NCBI GenBank assembly: GCA_964405845.1
Contig: CAYOPL010000009.1
Coordinates: 24,497-88,496, forward strand
Direction of reading: 5' to 3'
DNA length: 64,000 nt
Source of the DNA: an uncultured Dehalococcoidia bacterium
GTDB taxonomy: Bacteria > Chloroflexota > Dehalococcoidia > UBA6926
Shown here piece by piece: positions 22,808 to 31,633 of this stretch. The translations under genes and the position numbers were made by a program. Each line of letters starts with the position of its first letter. Position 1 is the first letter of the stretch. The notes below the pieces were generated by a model. It searched no databases, was not told where the DNA came from, and saw only the letters and a program-made list of their open reading frames with translations.

Positions 22808-25027
22808 GTGGAAGACTTCCTGACCCAAGCCGATGATCCTGACGCTGCCGCCCGGGAGGGCCAGCTAGCCCGATTCTTCATGCTGTCTCACGTTGAGGAT
22901 GACGGTCCGATCCGCGTAGACGACGTCAAGCTCGGAATCCTCGAGGCGCTCGGCCTCGAACTTGACGAGGCGAAGCTCGGCGCGTTCACCGGGGCGCTGA
23001 ACGCGATGGACTTTCCCGTGCAGCTCCTGATCCGGCAGCACGCGCCGGAACTCAGCCGCCTGAGGTCTCAGTTGACCGCTGATCAACCGGAGAACCTGCC
23101 TCCGCAGACGGACGCAGCGGCCGATTCCCTGCGTGGCCTGCTGACCGACCTGGAACATCGCGAGGGTGTCGTGGACCGCCGTTTCTACGCGGTCTGCGAG
23201 TTCGAGCGCATGGACGATCTGCGCGGCCTCATGGTGCGCGCGGGGTTGGCGGTCAATCCCATGACCGGCCGCCAACTGAGGATGCTGATGGTCGCGTCCG
23301 CGGCGGGCAACTCCCCGCGAGAGGTCGATGATGATGAGAGCCTTGAGATCGAGATCCGTCGGCGTGAGATTCGCGTCGGCGATACGCTTGTCCGCTCTCT
23401 GCATCTGGGCAAGTGGCCCCGCGCCCTGATACCCGGCTTCCTTCAGGCCCTGATGGCGTCGGGCGCACGGATGGACGTGTCGATTCATCTCGGTCCCATT
23501 CCCGCCGACCAGGCGTCCCGCACCCTCGAATGGCAAAAGGTGCGGTTCGAGTCGGCTCAGTCGCTGTCGCTGCGGCGGGGCAGGAGCATGTCGCCGGAGG
23601 CGGAGATCGCGCTGGAGGACGTGAGGCGCCTCCGCGACGACGTGCAGCGGGGCAGGGAGCGGCTCTTTCATTCCTCGCTGTCGATTACGCTCTACGCCCG
23701 GGACGAGAATGAACTCAAAGAGACGACTCAGGGAGTACGAGCGCACTTCGCTGCGACTCTGGGCAAGCTCGACACGCTGGCCTACCGGCAGCGCGAGGGT
23801 CTCCTATCCTCCCTGCCTATCGGACTGAATGCCGTCGGAACGTGGCGAACGTTGGATACATCTTCGCTTGCTCGCCTCTTTCCCTTCTCGCCGCCCGACC
23901 TCGACACCCGAAGCGGAACGCTCTACGGCATCGACCTTCGCTCGTCTTCCCCCATCGTCTATGACCCCTTCGACGGCATGCATCTCAACGCAAACACGGC
24001 GGTCCTCGCACGCTCCGGCAGCGGCAAGTCCTTTGCCACGAAGCTCGGGGTGCTGCGCGGCATCTGCCGCGGGGTCACCGCCTATGTGATCGATCCTGAG
24101 GGCGAATATGCGGACATGGCGCGGGCGGCGGGAGGCCGCGTGCTGTCACCGGGGGTGCCGGGGCAGGGGATGAATCCCTTCGTCATCGACCGCTCCGACA
24201 GCGAGGAACTCCTGCTCCGCATCGGCAGTCTCAGACGGCTGATCGAAGTGATGATTGGCGAGCCGCTGGGCGCGGAGAGGAGGGCGGCTTTAGACCACGC
24301 GCTCGCGGCCTACTACATGGAGCCGCGTGAGCGCACGGGATTCGGGGACTTCTATGAACACCTGAAGGAACACGGGGACGGCGTGCTGGACAAGCTGCTC
24401 AGGCCCTTCGCGACCGGCAGCCTGCGGCATCTCTTGACGGACGAGGGAGACGACCTTCTGACCAACGAGGCTCCCGTCACCGTCTTCGACCTCCGGCTGC
24501 TTGAGCCTGAACTCCGTCCGGCGGCCGCGATGGTCTGCACGGAAACCGTGTGGACGGCGGCGGCGCAGAATCCGAAACCGCGGCTGCTGGTCGTCGACGA
24601 GGTCTGGTCGATCATGCAACACCCGGAGGGGGCGGCCTTCATGGTCAGCATGGCCAAGCGGGCCAGGAAGCACCGGCTCGGGCTGCAGTTCATCACGCAG
24701 GATGTGCAGGATCTGCTGTCCGAGGACACGTCCCGCGCCATCACCGGCCATTCCGGTCGGGCGCTGCTCCAGAACGCCGCGTTCAAGTTGCTGCTGCAGC
24801 AGGACGCTGCGGCCATCGGGACCGTCGGCGATGCCTTCGACCTGCCCGACGATCTACAGCGCTGGCTGATCTCCTGCCCGCGGGGTGACGGTCTGCTGCT
24901 CGCGAGGGGCGGCAGATTCCCCATCCGCATCGAGGCTACCAGTGAAGAGACCGAGGTCATCGAGTGGCGGCCCGGCCGCCATCGGCGGGAGCCGCTCGTG
25001 ACGGATACCACGGAGGTGAGTCCATGA
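22808..25027 (+). CDS. virB4: VirB4/TraC-type type IV secretion ATPase
   Basis: Walker A ARSGSGKSFATK, Walker B LLVVDEVWSIM, size 739 aa, operon context. Confidence 0.85.
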   Translation: MEDFLTQADDPDAAAREGQLARFFMLSHVEDDGPIRVDDVKLGILEALGLELDEAKLGAFTGALNAMDFPVQLLIRQHAPELSRLRSQLTADQPENLPPQTDAAADSLRGLLTDLEHREGVVDRRFYAVCEFERMDDLRGLMVRAGLAVNPMTGRQLRMLMVASAAGNSPREVDDDESLEIEIRRREIRVGDTLVRSLHLGKWPRALIPGFLQALMASGARMDVSIHLGPIPADQASRTLEWQKVRFESAQSLSLRRGRSMSPEAEIALEDVRRLRDDVQRGRERLFHSSLSITLYARDENELKETTQGVRAHFAATLGKLDTLAYRQREGLLSSLPIGLNAVGTWRTLDTSSLARLFPFSPPDLDTRSGTLYGIDLRSSSPIVYDPFDGMHLNANTAVLARSGSGKSFATKLGVLRGICRGVTAYVIDPEGEYADMARAAGGRVLSPGVPGQGMNPFVIDRSDSEELLLRIGSLRRLIEVMIGEPLGAERRAALDHALAAYYMEPRERTGFGDFYEHLKEHGDGVLDKLLRPFATGSLRHLLTDEGDDLLTNEAPVTVFDLRLLEPELRPAAAMVCTETVWTAAAQNPKPRLLVVDEVWSIMQHPEGAAFMVSMAKRARKHRLGLQFITQDVQDLLSEDTSRAITGHSGRALLQNAAFKLLLQQDAAAIGTVGDAFDLPDDLQRWLISCPRGDGLLLARGGRFPIRIEATSEETEVIEWRPGRHRREPLVTDTTEVSP

Positions 25028-27624
25028 GAATCAGTTTGCCCATCAAGAGACGAACGAGCACCGGAACCCGGGAGGCGCATGTGCTGCTGGCTATCACGCC
25101 GCCCCGTACCGGGGAGAGAACCCTGCTCGCAGTGGAGAACCTGCTCCAGTCCATCGCACAGCCGGAGCCCTTCTCGCTGGAACTCGTCGGTGACCAAGGC
25201 GGCGTGCGGCTGCTTGCACGGTGCCTCGATTCCCAGAACGTAGCCGCTCAGATCCGCGCGCACTACCCGCAATCGCATGTAACCCGGCTCTACGTGGAGG
25301 ACGACCCGATGCTTTCAGGACCTGGCCAGGAGGTGTGGAGCACAACCCTGCGGCCAAGCGGCCCCGAGCCGGCCTCGCTGCATCATTCCGGGGACAAGGT
25401 TGTCCACCACGAAGGCTCCGATCCCATGCTCGCCGTCGTCGGCGCACTGTCCTCACTGCGGCCGGGCGAGCGAATCATCTCCCGCCTTCTCCTCCGGCCG
25501 CTGGGCCCGGAGTGGTCGACCCGCTACCTATCCGAACTGGATGAGCCGAAAACGGCCCAGCGCTATCAGGAGCACGAGTCGCGGGTCAGCAGCGGAGAGG
25601 TGGCGAGGCTGATGCTCCTCGGCGGCGGAGCTCTCGTCGGGCTGAAGACGTGGCAGCTCTGGCAGGCGGGGGACGAGGTCAGGGCGATCGGGCTCGCGGG
25701 CGGTGCGGTGGTCGCTGCGCTCGCCGCCGCGGTCATGTGGACGCGGTTCAGGGGAGGCCGCTCATCGTTGACGGAATCGCCGGAGGTGAGAGAGAAACTC
25801 TCCCACATGGCGTTCGTCGCGGAGATCCAGGTCACTGCCATCGTGAGCCGGAGCGAGGGCAACCGCCGCGGGGAGGAGCTCCTGGATCTCGTCGCGGCGG
25901 CCTACCACCACTACGATAACCCGGCAGGGGCGCACTTCGTCGCCGGGAAGATTCGTCCCGCCCCCGAGACCGTAGAGCTCGGACCGTCCGCCCCGGGATT
26001 CTTCGACAGCCGCAGCGTCCTCGGAGTGAAGGAAGTCGCCAGTCTGTGGCATCCGCCCAACACGCGCGACGAGACGCCGCCGATCGAACGATCCGGCTCT
26101 CGCATCCTCTCACCATCGCTCGAAGAGATGAGCGACGGCGCACACGCCGGCCGCACCACGACGGATGACCGCGACGCGATTCGTTTCCCCGACGATCTGC
26201 TGCGCCGGCACCATCTCTACGTCGCCCGAACGCGCATGGGCAAGTCCACGCTCATGCAGCACATCGTCGTGCACAAGATGCAGCAGAAGGCGCAGGGGCG
26301 CGACGATGACGCGATCGTCGTCATCGATCCGCACGCCGACCTCGTCACCTCTCTCCTGGAGCACGTGCCCGACAAGCTGGCGGACAGGGTTCGGCTCATC
26401 GACCTCGCCGATCCCAACGGAGCGCCCGGCATCAACCTTCTGGACACGCGCATCTTCACCGACCGTGACCGCACCGCCGACTCCGTCGTCCGCATCGCGC
26501 GCGGCCTGTGGGACCAGTGGGGGCCCCGCATGCAGTCGATCCTCGAACAGGTCGTCAAGACGCTCCATGAGGCCAATGAGCAGAGGGAAGAGGATGAACA
26601 ATACACGATCCTCGACGGTCTTCGGCTCCTCGCCTCCAACGACGAGTCCTTCCGGCACAGCGTGCTGAAGGACGTCGACGATGTCCATCTCCTTGAGTGG
26701 TGGGCACGTGACTTTACGAGCTGGCACCGCCAGTACCAATCCGAGGCCCTCGCACCCGTCCAGACGCGGCTCTCTTACTACGCCACGTCAAAGAGGGCGC
26801 GGGCCATCCTCGGCCAGAACCGGTCGACGGTCGACATCCGCCAGACCATTCGCGACGGAGGCATTCTCCTGGTATCGACGGCACAGGGAGTGGCCGGGCG
26901 CGACGTGTCGGCCCTCGTCGGGTCCTCCCTGCTCAATCTCGTCGACGCCGTGATCCGTGAGCAGGGCGAGAGGCCGATCGAGGAACGCCCCGCCGTTCTG
27001 GTCGTGGTCGACGAGATGCAGTCGATGCCCGGCGTGGACTACGATTCCATGCTGTCGGAACTGGGGAAATTCGGGGCGAACTTCGTCCTCGCGACGCAGA
27101 GCCTCTCCAAGCTCGACGACCTCTCGCGTTCGATGCGCCACAGCGTGCTGGCGAACGTCGGCTGTCTCGCCGTGTTCCAGGTGGCGGCATCCGATGCCCG
27201 GCAACTCGCCGACGAGCTGGGAACCGACCGCGTCACCCAGGACGACATTACATCGCTGCCCGTTCATCAGTGTTATGTCCGCGCGACCATCGGTACCCAG
27301 CGGATGCCGGCATTTTCGATGGAGGTCAGGAAGCCGGAACCGGGAAGCGCGGATATTGCGCGCCGCATACGCGACGCCACACAGGGGTACACGACCGGCC
27401 ACCCGACGCTGAGGGCTCGCGACACCAGCCTCGATCGACTGATTGCGGACTATCGCAGGGGCGATAAGGACGCGAGCCGGTCCGATCCGCGCGACGAGCA
27501 TGCAGGGGCTTCGACCGATGCCCCTCCGGAGACGGCGAGGCCGCATCGACGAAGACGTCACGAGAACTCGAGTGACGCCAATGAGTCGACCACTCCACAG
27601 GCAGGGGAAGGGGGAACGAAATGA
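25024..27624 (+). CDS. type IV coupling protein (VirD4/TraG/TraD, FtsK-like ATPase)
   Basis: Start at ATG 25024 overlapping the VirB4 stop (ATGA). Walker A YVARTRMGKSTLMQH, Walker B VLVVVDEMQSMPG. The C-terminal acidic and basic tail is typical of coupling proteins. Confidence 0.8.
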   Translation: MRISLPIKRRTSTGTREAHVLLAITPPRTGERTLLAVENLLQSIAQPEPFSLELVGDQGGVRLLARCLDSQNVAAQIRAHYPQSHVTRLYVEDDPMLSGPGQEVWSTTLRPSGPEPASLHHSGDKVVHHEGSDPMLAVVGALSSLRPGERIISRLLLRPLGPEWSTRYLSELDEPKTAQRYQEHESRVSSGEVARLMLLGGGALVGLKTWQLWQAGDEVRAIGLAGGAVVAALAAAVMWTRFRGGRSSLTESPEVREKLSHMAFVAEIQVTAIVSRSEGNRRGEELLDLVAAAYHHYDNPAGAHFVAGKIRPAPETVELGPSAPGFFDSRSVLGVKEVASLWHPPNTRDETPPIERSGSRILSPSLEEMSDGAHAGRTTTDDRDAIRFPDDLLRRHHLYVARTRMGKSTLMQHIVVHKMQQKAQGRDDDAIVVIDPHADLVTSLLEHVPDKLADRVRLIDLADPNGAPGINLLDTRIFTDRDRTADSVVRIARGLWDQWGPRMQSILEQVVKTLHEANEQREEDEQYTILDGLRLLASNDESFRHSVLKDVDDVHLLEWWARDFTSWHRQYQSEALAPVQTRLSYYATSKRARAILGQNRSTVDIRQTIRDGGILLVSTAQGVAGRDVSALVGSSLLNLVDAVIREQGERPIEERPAVLVVVDEMQSMPGVDYDSMLSELGKFGANFVLATQSLSKLDDLSRSMRHSVLANVGCLAVFQVAASDARQLADELGTDRVTQDDITSLPVHQCYVRATIGTQRMPAFSMEVRKPEPGSADIARRIRDATQGYTTGHPTLRARDTSLDRLIADYRRGDKDASRSDPRDEHAGASTDAPPETARPHRRRRHENSSDANESTTPQAGEGGTK

Positions 27625-29183
27625 GAGAGAACACGTCGTCCGACGATATCATCGGCCGACTCGCAGAAGTGCCCTTCGTCGACCGCCTCGAACTATCGTC
27701 CCTCACCGGCCTCCCCGAGAGCACGGTTTCGCAGGCAACGCGACGGCTTGAGGACGCCGGTCTCATTACGTCCGTTCCCCACACCCCGGAGCATGGAGCT
27801 CACTCGAAGCGTTTTTCGCTCAACGCCGGTGGTGTCCGACAACTGGCGAGGAACGAAGGCAAATCGGTGGAGGATGCGCTCAGATCACACCCCGTTTCGG
27901 CGCAGTGGCAGCGGCTTCTCATTCAGCGTCTCGACGCCCTCGCGGTCGTGTACTCGGTGGTCGAGACGATATCAGGGGTTGCGGCCCCACTATCGGTGCG
28001 CCTCTACCGGTCGCGCCCGTTGGACGCGATGGTGACCTTGCCTGACGGCCGAACCATCGGCATCAGCCGCCAGGGGCGCACGGCGGACAGGTCGTCATTT
28101 GGCAAGCGGCTGCAACAGATCGTGCAGGGGCCGATACCGGGGGCGTTGTTGTTCATCGTCCATGACGAGATTCGCATGCGGCACACGCGCCGCATGCTCT
28201 CGTCGATACGGGCTCCTGTGTTCCTCGCCCTCGAGCAGGATGCCGCGACTGCATTCGTCGACGATATCGTCTGGCAGCGCCCGGGGACGACGGCGCGATT
28301 CGATATGGAATCCATCGTCGCGAGTTCCGCACATGCGGGGGGCATCCCCGGCGAGCCGACCGTGACACGAGTCTCGCTACCCGCCGACCTGTCCCTGGGC
28401 GAGGCACCGACCCAGACCTCGTCCCACCTATTGGCTTCCGTCCTCCAGCCCGCAGAGAAGCGTGCGCTCGATCTGTTGACCGACTGGCCGGGGATAACCC
28501 CACAGAATCTAAGGGAATTGATCGGCATCAGTCCATCACGGGCTTCGCAGATCCTGTCACGACTGAAGGCGGCTCATCTGGTGACCGAGGTCGATCTGGC
28601 CGGGCGGCGGCTCATTCCGACGGATCGAGCGCTTGCCCACATTGCGCGGCGCGATCGAACATCGGTCGGTATTGGGCAGAAGCGCTGGAGCGCGGGCCCC
28701 GTCGGCAGCGACACGCCGGTCGATTGGCGGGACGTGCCGGGTCGACGCCTTCGCCAACTGCTTCGACACATTGAGCACACGGACGCCGTCCACTCGTACC
28801 TTGCCTCCACGATCACCGCGGCAATGCAGACAGGCTGGGACATTGTTCAGCTTGATCCTCCGCACCGCGCCTCGCGCTACTTCCGGTACGAGGGCGGTCA
28901 GCGCTCCGTCCACCCCGACGCATTCTTCATGATGAGGCGTGGCGACGAGACGAAGGCCTTCTTCCTTGAATGGGAGCGGCGTGCGGTCCGGCCGAGCACG
29001 ATGCGGGAGCGCCTCGCCCCCTACCTCCGCTACTACTCGACCAAGAGGCCCCTAGACGACCATGGCGTGGAACCCGCCGTCCTGATCGTCGTCGAGGACG
29101 ACATCATCGCCCCGCACTTTCGGCGGATCGCGAGAGAAGAGATGGCTCGCAAGGGAGCTCGGATTCCCCTGAGCATCCGCTGA
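27621..29183 (+). CDS. replication-relaxation family protein (winged-HTH N-terminus; putative relaxase or replication initiator of actinobacterial-type elements), paralog of 60294..61997
   Basis: ATG at 27621 with GGGAAGGGGGAA RBS. Shares with the 60294..61997 protein the pattern ...PFVD/ES.EL....G.P.STV..RL..L...GL...V.H...H..... then RLDA.AVVYS/RL and V.LPDGR..G. Assignment to the Replic_Relax family is from memory. Confidence 0.5.
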   Translation: MRENTSSDDIIGRLAEVPFVDRLELSSLTGLPESTVSQATRRLEDAGLITSVPHTPEHGAHSKRFSLNAGGVRQLARNEGKSVEDALRSHPVSAQWQRLLIQRLDALAVVYSVVETISGVAAPLSVRLYRSRPLDAMVTLPDGRTIGISRQGRTADRSSFGKRLQQIVQGPIPGALLFIVHDEIRMRHTRRMLSSIRAPVFLALEQDAATAFVDDIVWQRPGTTARFDMESIVASSAHAGGIPGEPTVTRVSLPADLSLGEAPTQTSSHLLASVLQPAEKRALDLLTDWPGITPQNLRELIGISPSRASQILSRLKAAHLVTEVDLAGRRLIPTDRALAHIARRDRTSVGIGQKRWSAGPVGSDTPVDWRDVPGRRLRQLLRHIEHTDAVHSYLASTITAAMQTGWDIVQLDPPHRASRYFRYEGGQRSVHPDAFFMMRRGDETKAFFLEWERRAVRPSTMRERLAPYLRYYSTKRPLDDHGVEPAVLIVVEDDIIAPHFRRIAREEMARKGARIPLSIR

Positions 29184-29439
29184 CGATGCGCTCCGCGGGG
29201 CTGAGGAGAACCTCCAGGAGCCCCATGGTGTGCGCCAGGTTAACGAGCCTCATGAAGTTCTCGGCGTCGGGCCTGACTCCGCGCCGCCACTCCCGGAGCC
29301 GAAACGGGGTGACGCCAAGCCGTCGTGCCAGCCGCCGCCACGAGAGCCCCGAATCCTCCTTGAATCTCTCGATCCGATGACGAAAGTCATCGGGAAAGTC
29401 GAAGCGGTGGCTCAGCCGCCTCCGGTCAGCCGCCGCCAT
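29104..29439 (-). CDS. small HTH DNA-binding protein, paralog 1 of 3
   Basis: ATG at 29439. FPDDFRHRIERFKEDSGLSWRRLARRLGVTPFRLREWRRG is the pattern shared with the next two genes. Confidence 0.45.
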   Translation of the reverse strand: MAAADRRRLSHRFDFPDDFRHRIERFKEDSGLSWRRLARRLGVTPFRLREWRRGVRPDAENFMRLVNLAHTMGLLEVLLSPAERIVSGCSGESELPCEPSLLSRSAESAGR

Positions 29440-29716
29440 GGAGCTTGTCTCGCCGCGCGTCCAGTGCTCTGATATCGGCCGCGATCAGCGGGAACATCGT
29501 GTCCAGGCCATCGGGGGTCTTCGACGCCAACACCATGAGGTTCAGCAGCGCCATTCCCCGCGGAACCCTTCCCTTCTGCCAATCCCTGACCAGCTCGACA
29601 GGCGCCTCAATCCGCTCCGCGATCTCCACGTTCGACATGCCGGTGAGCTTCTTGAATGCCCGAAGGCGCGTCGGGAAGTCCGGCTGCTCCTCTGAGTGGA
29701 GTGACTGACTGTTCAT
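29426..29716 (-). CDS. small HTH DNA-binding protein, paralog 2 of 3
   Basis: ATG at 29716. FPTRLRAFKKLTGMSNVEIAERIEAPVELVRDWQKGRVP. Confidence 0.45.
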   Translation of the reverse strand: MNSQSLHSEEQPDFPTRLRAFKKLTGMSNVEIAERIEAPVELVRDWQKGRVPRGMALLNLMVLASKTPDGLDTMFPLIAADIRALDARRDKLHGGG

Positions 29717-30033
29717 CGCCTAACAGCCTTCGATGCACTAGGCGTTGCCGCCACCAGCGGCAACTGCCGAGCCTCCCGTATCAGCAGGATGCGGAGGCCG
29801 TCCTGCACCCGTGAGGCAAAGAGGAAAAGCGAGAAGAGCGCGTGACCGTTGGGCGCCGCCGTCCCAATTCGCCAGCGATGCAACTGTCGCAGGTCGACAC
29901 CGACGCATTCGGCCATTCCTTCCCATGTCAGACCACTCCTCTGCTTCAGCGCCTCCAGCCTGCGGCCGAAATCCTCGGGCACTTGGGTATCCGCGAGAAT
30001 CAGGTGGTCGGGCGGGGTTCTCCTACGTGTCAT
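29713..30033 (-). CDS. small HTH DNA-binding protein, paralog 3 of 3
   Basis: ATG at 30033 with GGAGGAGGGAG RBS. VPEDFGRRLEALKQRSGLTWEGMAECVGVDLRQLHRWRIG. Confidence 0.45.
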   Translation of the reverse strand: MTRRRTPPDHLILADTQVPEDFGRRLEALKQRSGLTWEGMAECVGVDLRQLHRWRIGTAAPNGHALFSLFLFASRVQDGLRILLIREARQLPLVAATPSASKAVRR

Positions 30034-30265
30034 CTCCCTCCTCCATCTCAAATATCTCGTCGAAGTCGACGCGCAGCGCCTCCTGGATGCGACGCCGTGT
30101 ACGCGGACCAGGGCGGCGAGTGCCGCTGATGACGGCTGAAAGATGGCTCTCCGAGAGACCTGCCAGCTCGGCGAGCTGGCGCTGAGTCAGGTTGAAACGA
30201 TTCATCAGGTCATAGACCTCTCTGGTCCTGACCCTGACGCGTGGAGCACGCGGGCCGTCGGTCAT
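30023..30265 (-). CDS. XRE-family HTH transcriptional regulator, 80 aa
   Basis: ATG at 30265 with GGAGGA RBS. LTQRQLAELAGLSESHLSAVISGTRRP is a classic Cro/C1-type HTH. Confidence 0.6.
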   Translation of the reverse strand: MTDGPRAPRVRVRTREVYDLMNRFNLTQRQLAELAGLSESHLSAVISGTRRPGPRTRRRIQEALRVDFDEIFEMEEGDDT

Positions 30266-30764
30266 CAGTGGTCCTCCGACCGCTCCGTCTCAGTCTGCTT
30301 GCCTCCGACGGCATCGTGCTGCACGCGTCGCGCAATCATGCGAGCTAGGATGCGCAGGCCATCGTCGACGATCTGCTGCTGATCCGGGGTCAGTCTGAAA
30401 TCTCTATCGTGTGCAGCCTTTCGCATGGTCACACCCCCCTTCGGCTCGTCGGTGTCGACAGGTTTGCCCTGGATTGGAATAGTACATTCGTGCTGTTTTG
30501 AGCCTAGCTATACCGGTTCCCCGTTACAACGGATATTGGTACGAATCAGCGTCGCCAGCCACGATCCTTCGCAATCGATCGCATTTCGTTGCCAAAGGTT
30601 TGCCAATATGTTCCCTCCAATTGGAGATCGGACTCCGGTGGGCTGCGTTCCAGAGCTCAAGGCGAAGGCTGCAACCAATACTTGTGCGTTTCAGTAGAAG
30701 GGCGACGCGACCTCCGGGTCCCCGCGCCAGGTGGCGTCGAGGAAGTCGGGGATGTGCGCGTTGG

Positions 30765-31430
30765 TCAGCTCGCCTTTCCAGTAGGCGGCGCGCTCAACCT
30801 TGGCGAGGCTGGCCCCTGAACCTTCCATCCGGGGTTGGACTCCCGTATGGCGCGGGCGATGTCGGCGAGGGTCGCGCCCCGGGTGCAGAAGTCGTCGACA
30901 ACGATCACGAGGCCGGGCTCGCCTCCGATGGGGGAAGCCAGGTACACCCCGTCCACGGTGGCGTCCCGCTCGACCGCGGAGGCGAGGCCGCTGATCCTGG
31001 GATGCCGGTCCTTGGTGACGTGATGCGGAAGCCACTCCCAGGCACGGGATATTGCAAGCGCGGACGCGAGTTTCGACGCCGGCGTGTCCTGTTGCGCAAT
31101 ATTCTGCCCTGAAGAGACCGAGGAGACGACGACGATGCGCGGGTTCCCGGTGGGGAGGAAGTCCTCGAACGCCGCACAGAACGTGCGGATGGCCGCGCTG
31201 GCGGCGGTAGGTTCGCCGTACTTGAACCGGTTGAAGCGCCGGGTCCACTTCTCGCCGAGCCGGTCCGTGATGCGGAAACCGATCGTGAGCAGCCCCAGAT
31301 CGCCGACCGGGAGCCGGTTGATGACCATCAACCGGCCCATTACGCCGTAGTTGCCCGCGGCCTCCTCGCCGAACATGCGCGCCGCGTAGCTGGACGGCGT
31401 TTCCGATGCCGGTCTCGTTTTCCTGTCCAT
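30765..31430 (-). CDS. phosphoribosyltransferase (PRTase)-domain protein, 221 aa, orphan
   Basis: ATG at 31430 with AGGAGGAG RBS. PRPP-binding motif GLVIVVDDFCTRGATLADIARAI (cf. VLLVDDVLTTGAT). Confidence 0.6.
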   Translation of the reverse strand: MDRKTRPASETPSSYAARMFGEEAAGNYGVMGRLMVINRLPVGDLGLLTIGFRITDRLGEKWTRRFNRFKYGEPTAASAAIRTFCAAFEDFLPTGNPRIVVVSSVSSGQNIAQQDTPASKLASALAISRAWEWLPHHVTKDRHPRISGLASAVERDATVDGVYLASPIGGEPGLVIVVDDFCTRGATLADIARAIRESNPGWKVQGPASPRLSAPPTGKAS

Positions 31431-31633
31431 GCGTTCTCCTCCTGTACGGTTGCCGTAAACGACCTCGGCTTCAATGCGGCCAGCGGTCCCCCGCCGTCCA
31501 GCCGCCTCCTCGCCCGGGGCAGGGGATGGAAGGCCACCCCCTCACCCGCCGGGGCCGCCCGCAATCGGTTCGTGGGGCGGTCAGCGCCATCGAGGGACGG
31601 GCGCGGCCCAGCGGCCCGTGCGGGGCCCTCTGG

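Noticed and set aside
30425-30700. possible tRNA or att site in the lower-GC gap between the XRE gene and the PRTase gene (GGTACGAATC resembles a T-loop)
   Set aside because: No acceptor-stem or anticodon-arm pairing could be built around it by eye. Only one mismatched T-loop-like octamer is present. Left as unassigned non-coding DNA.
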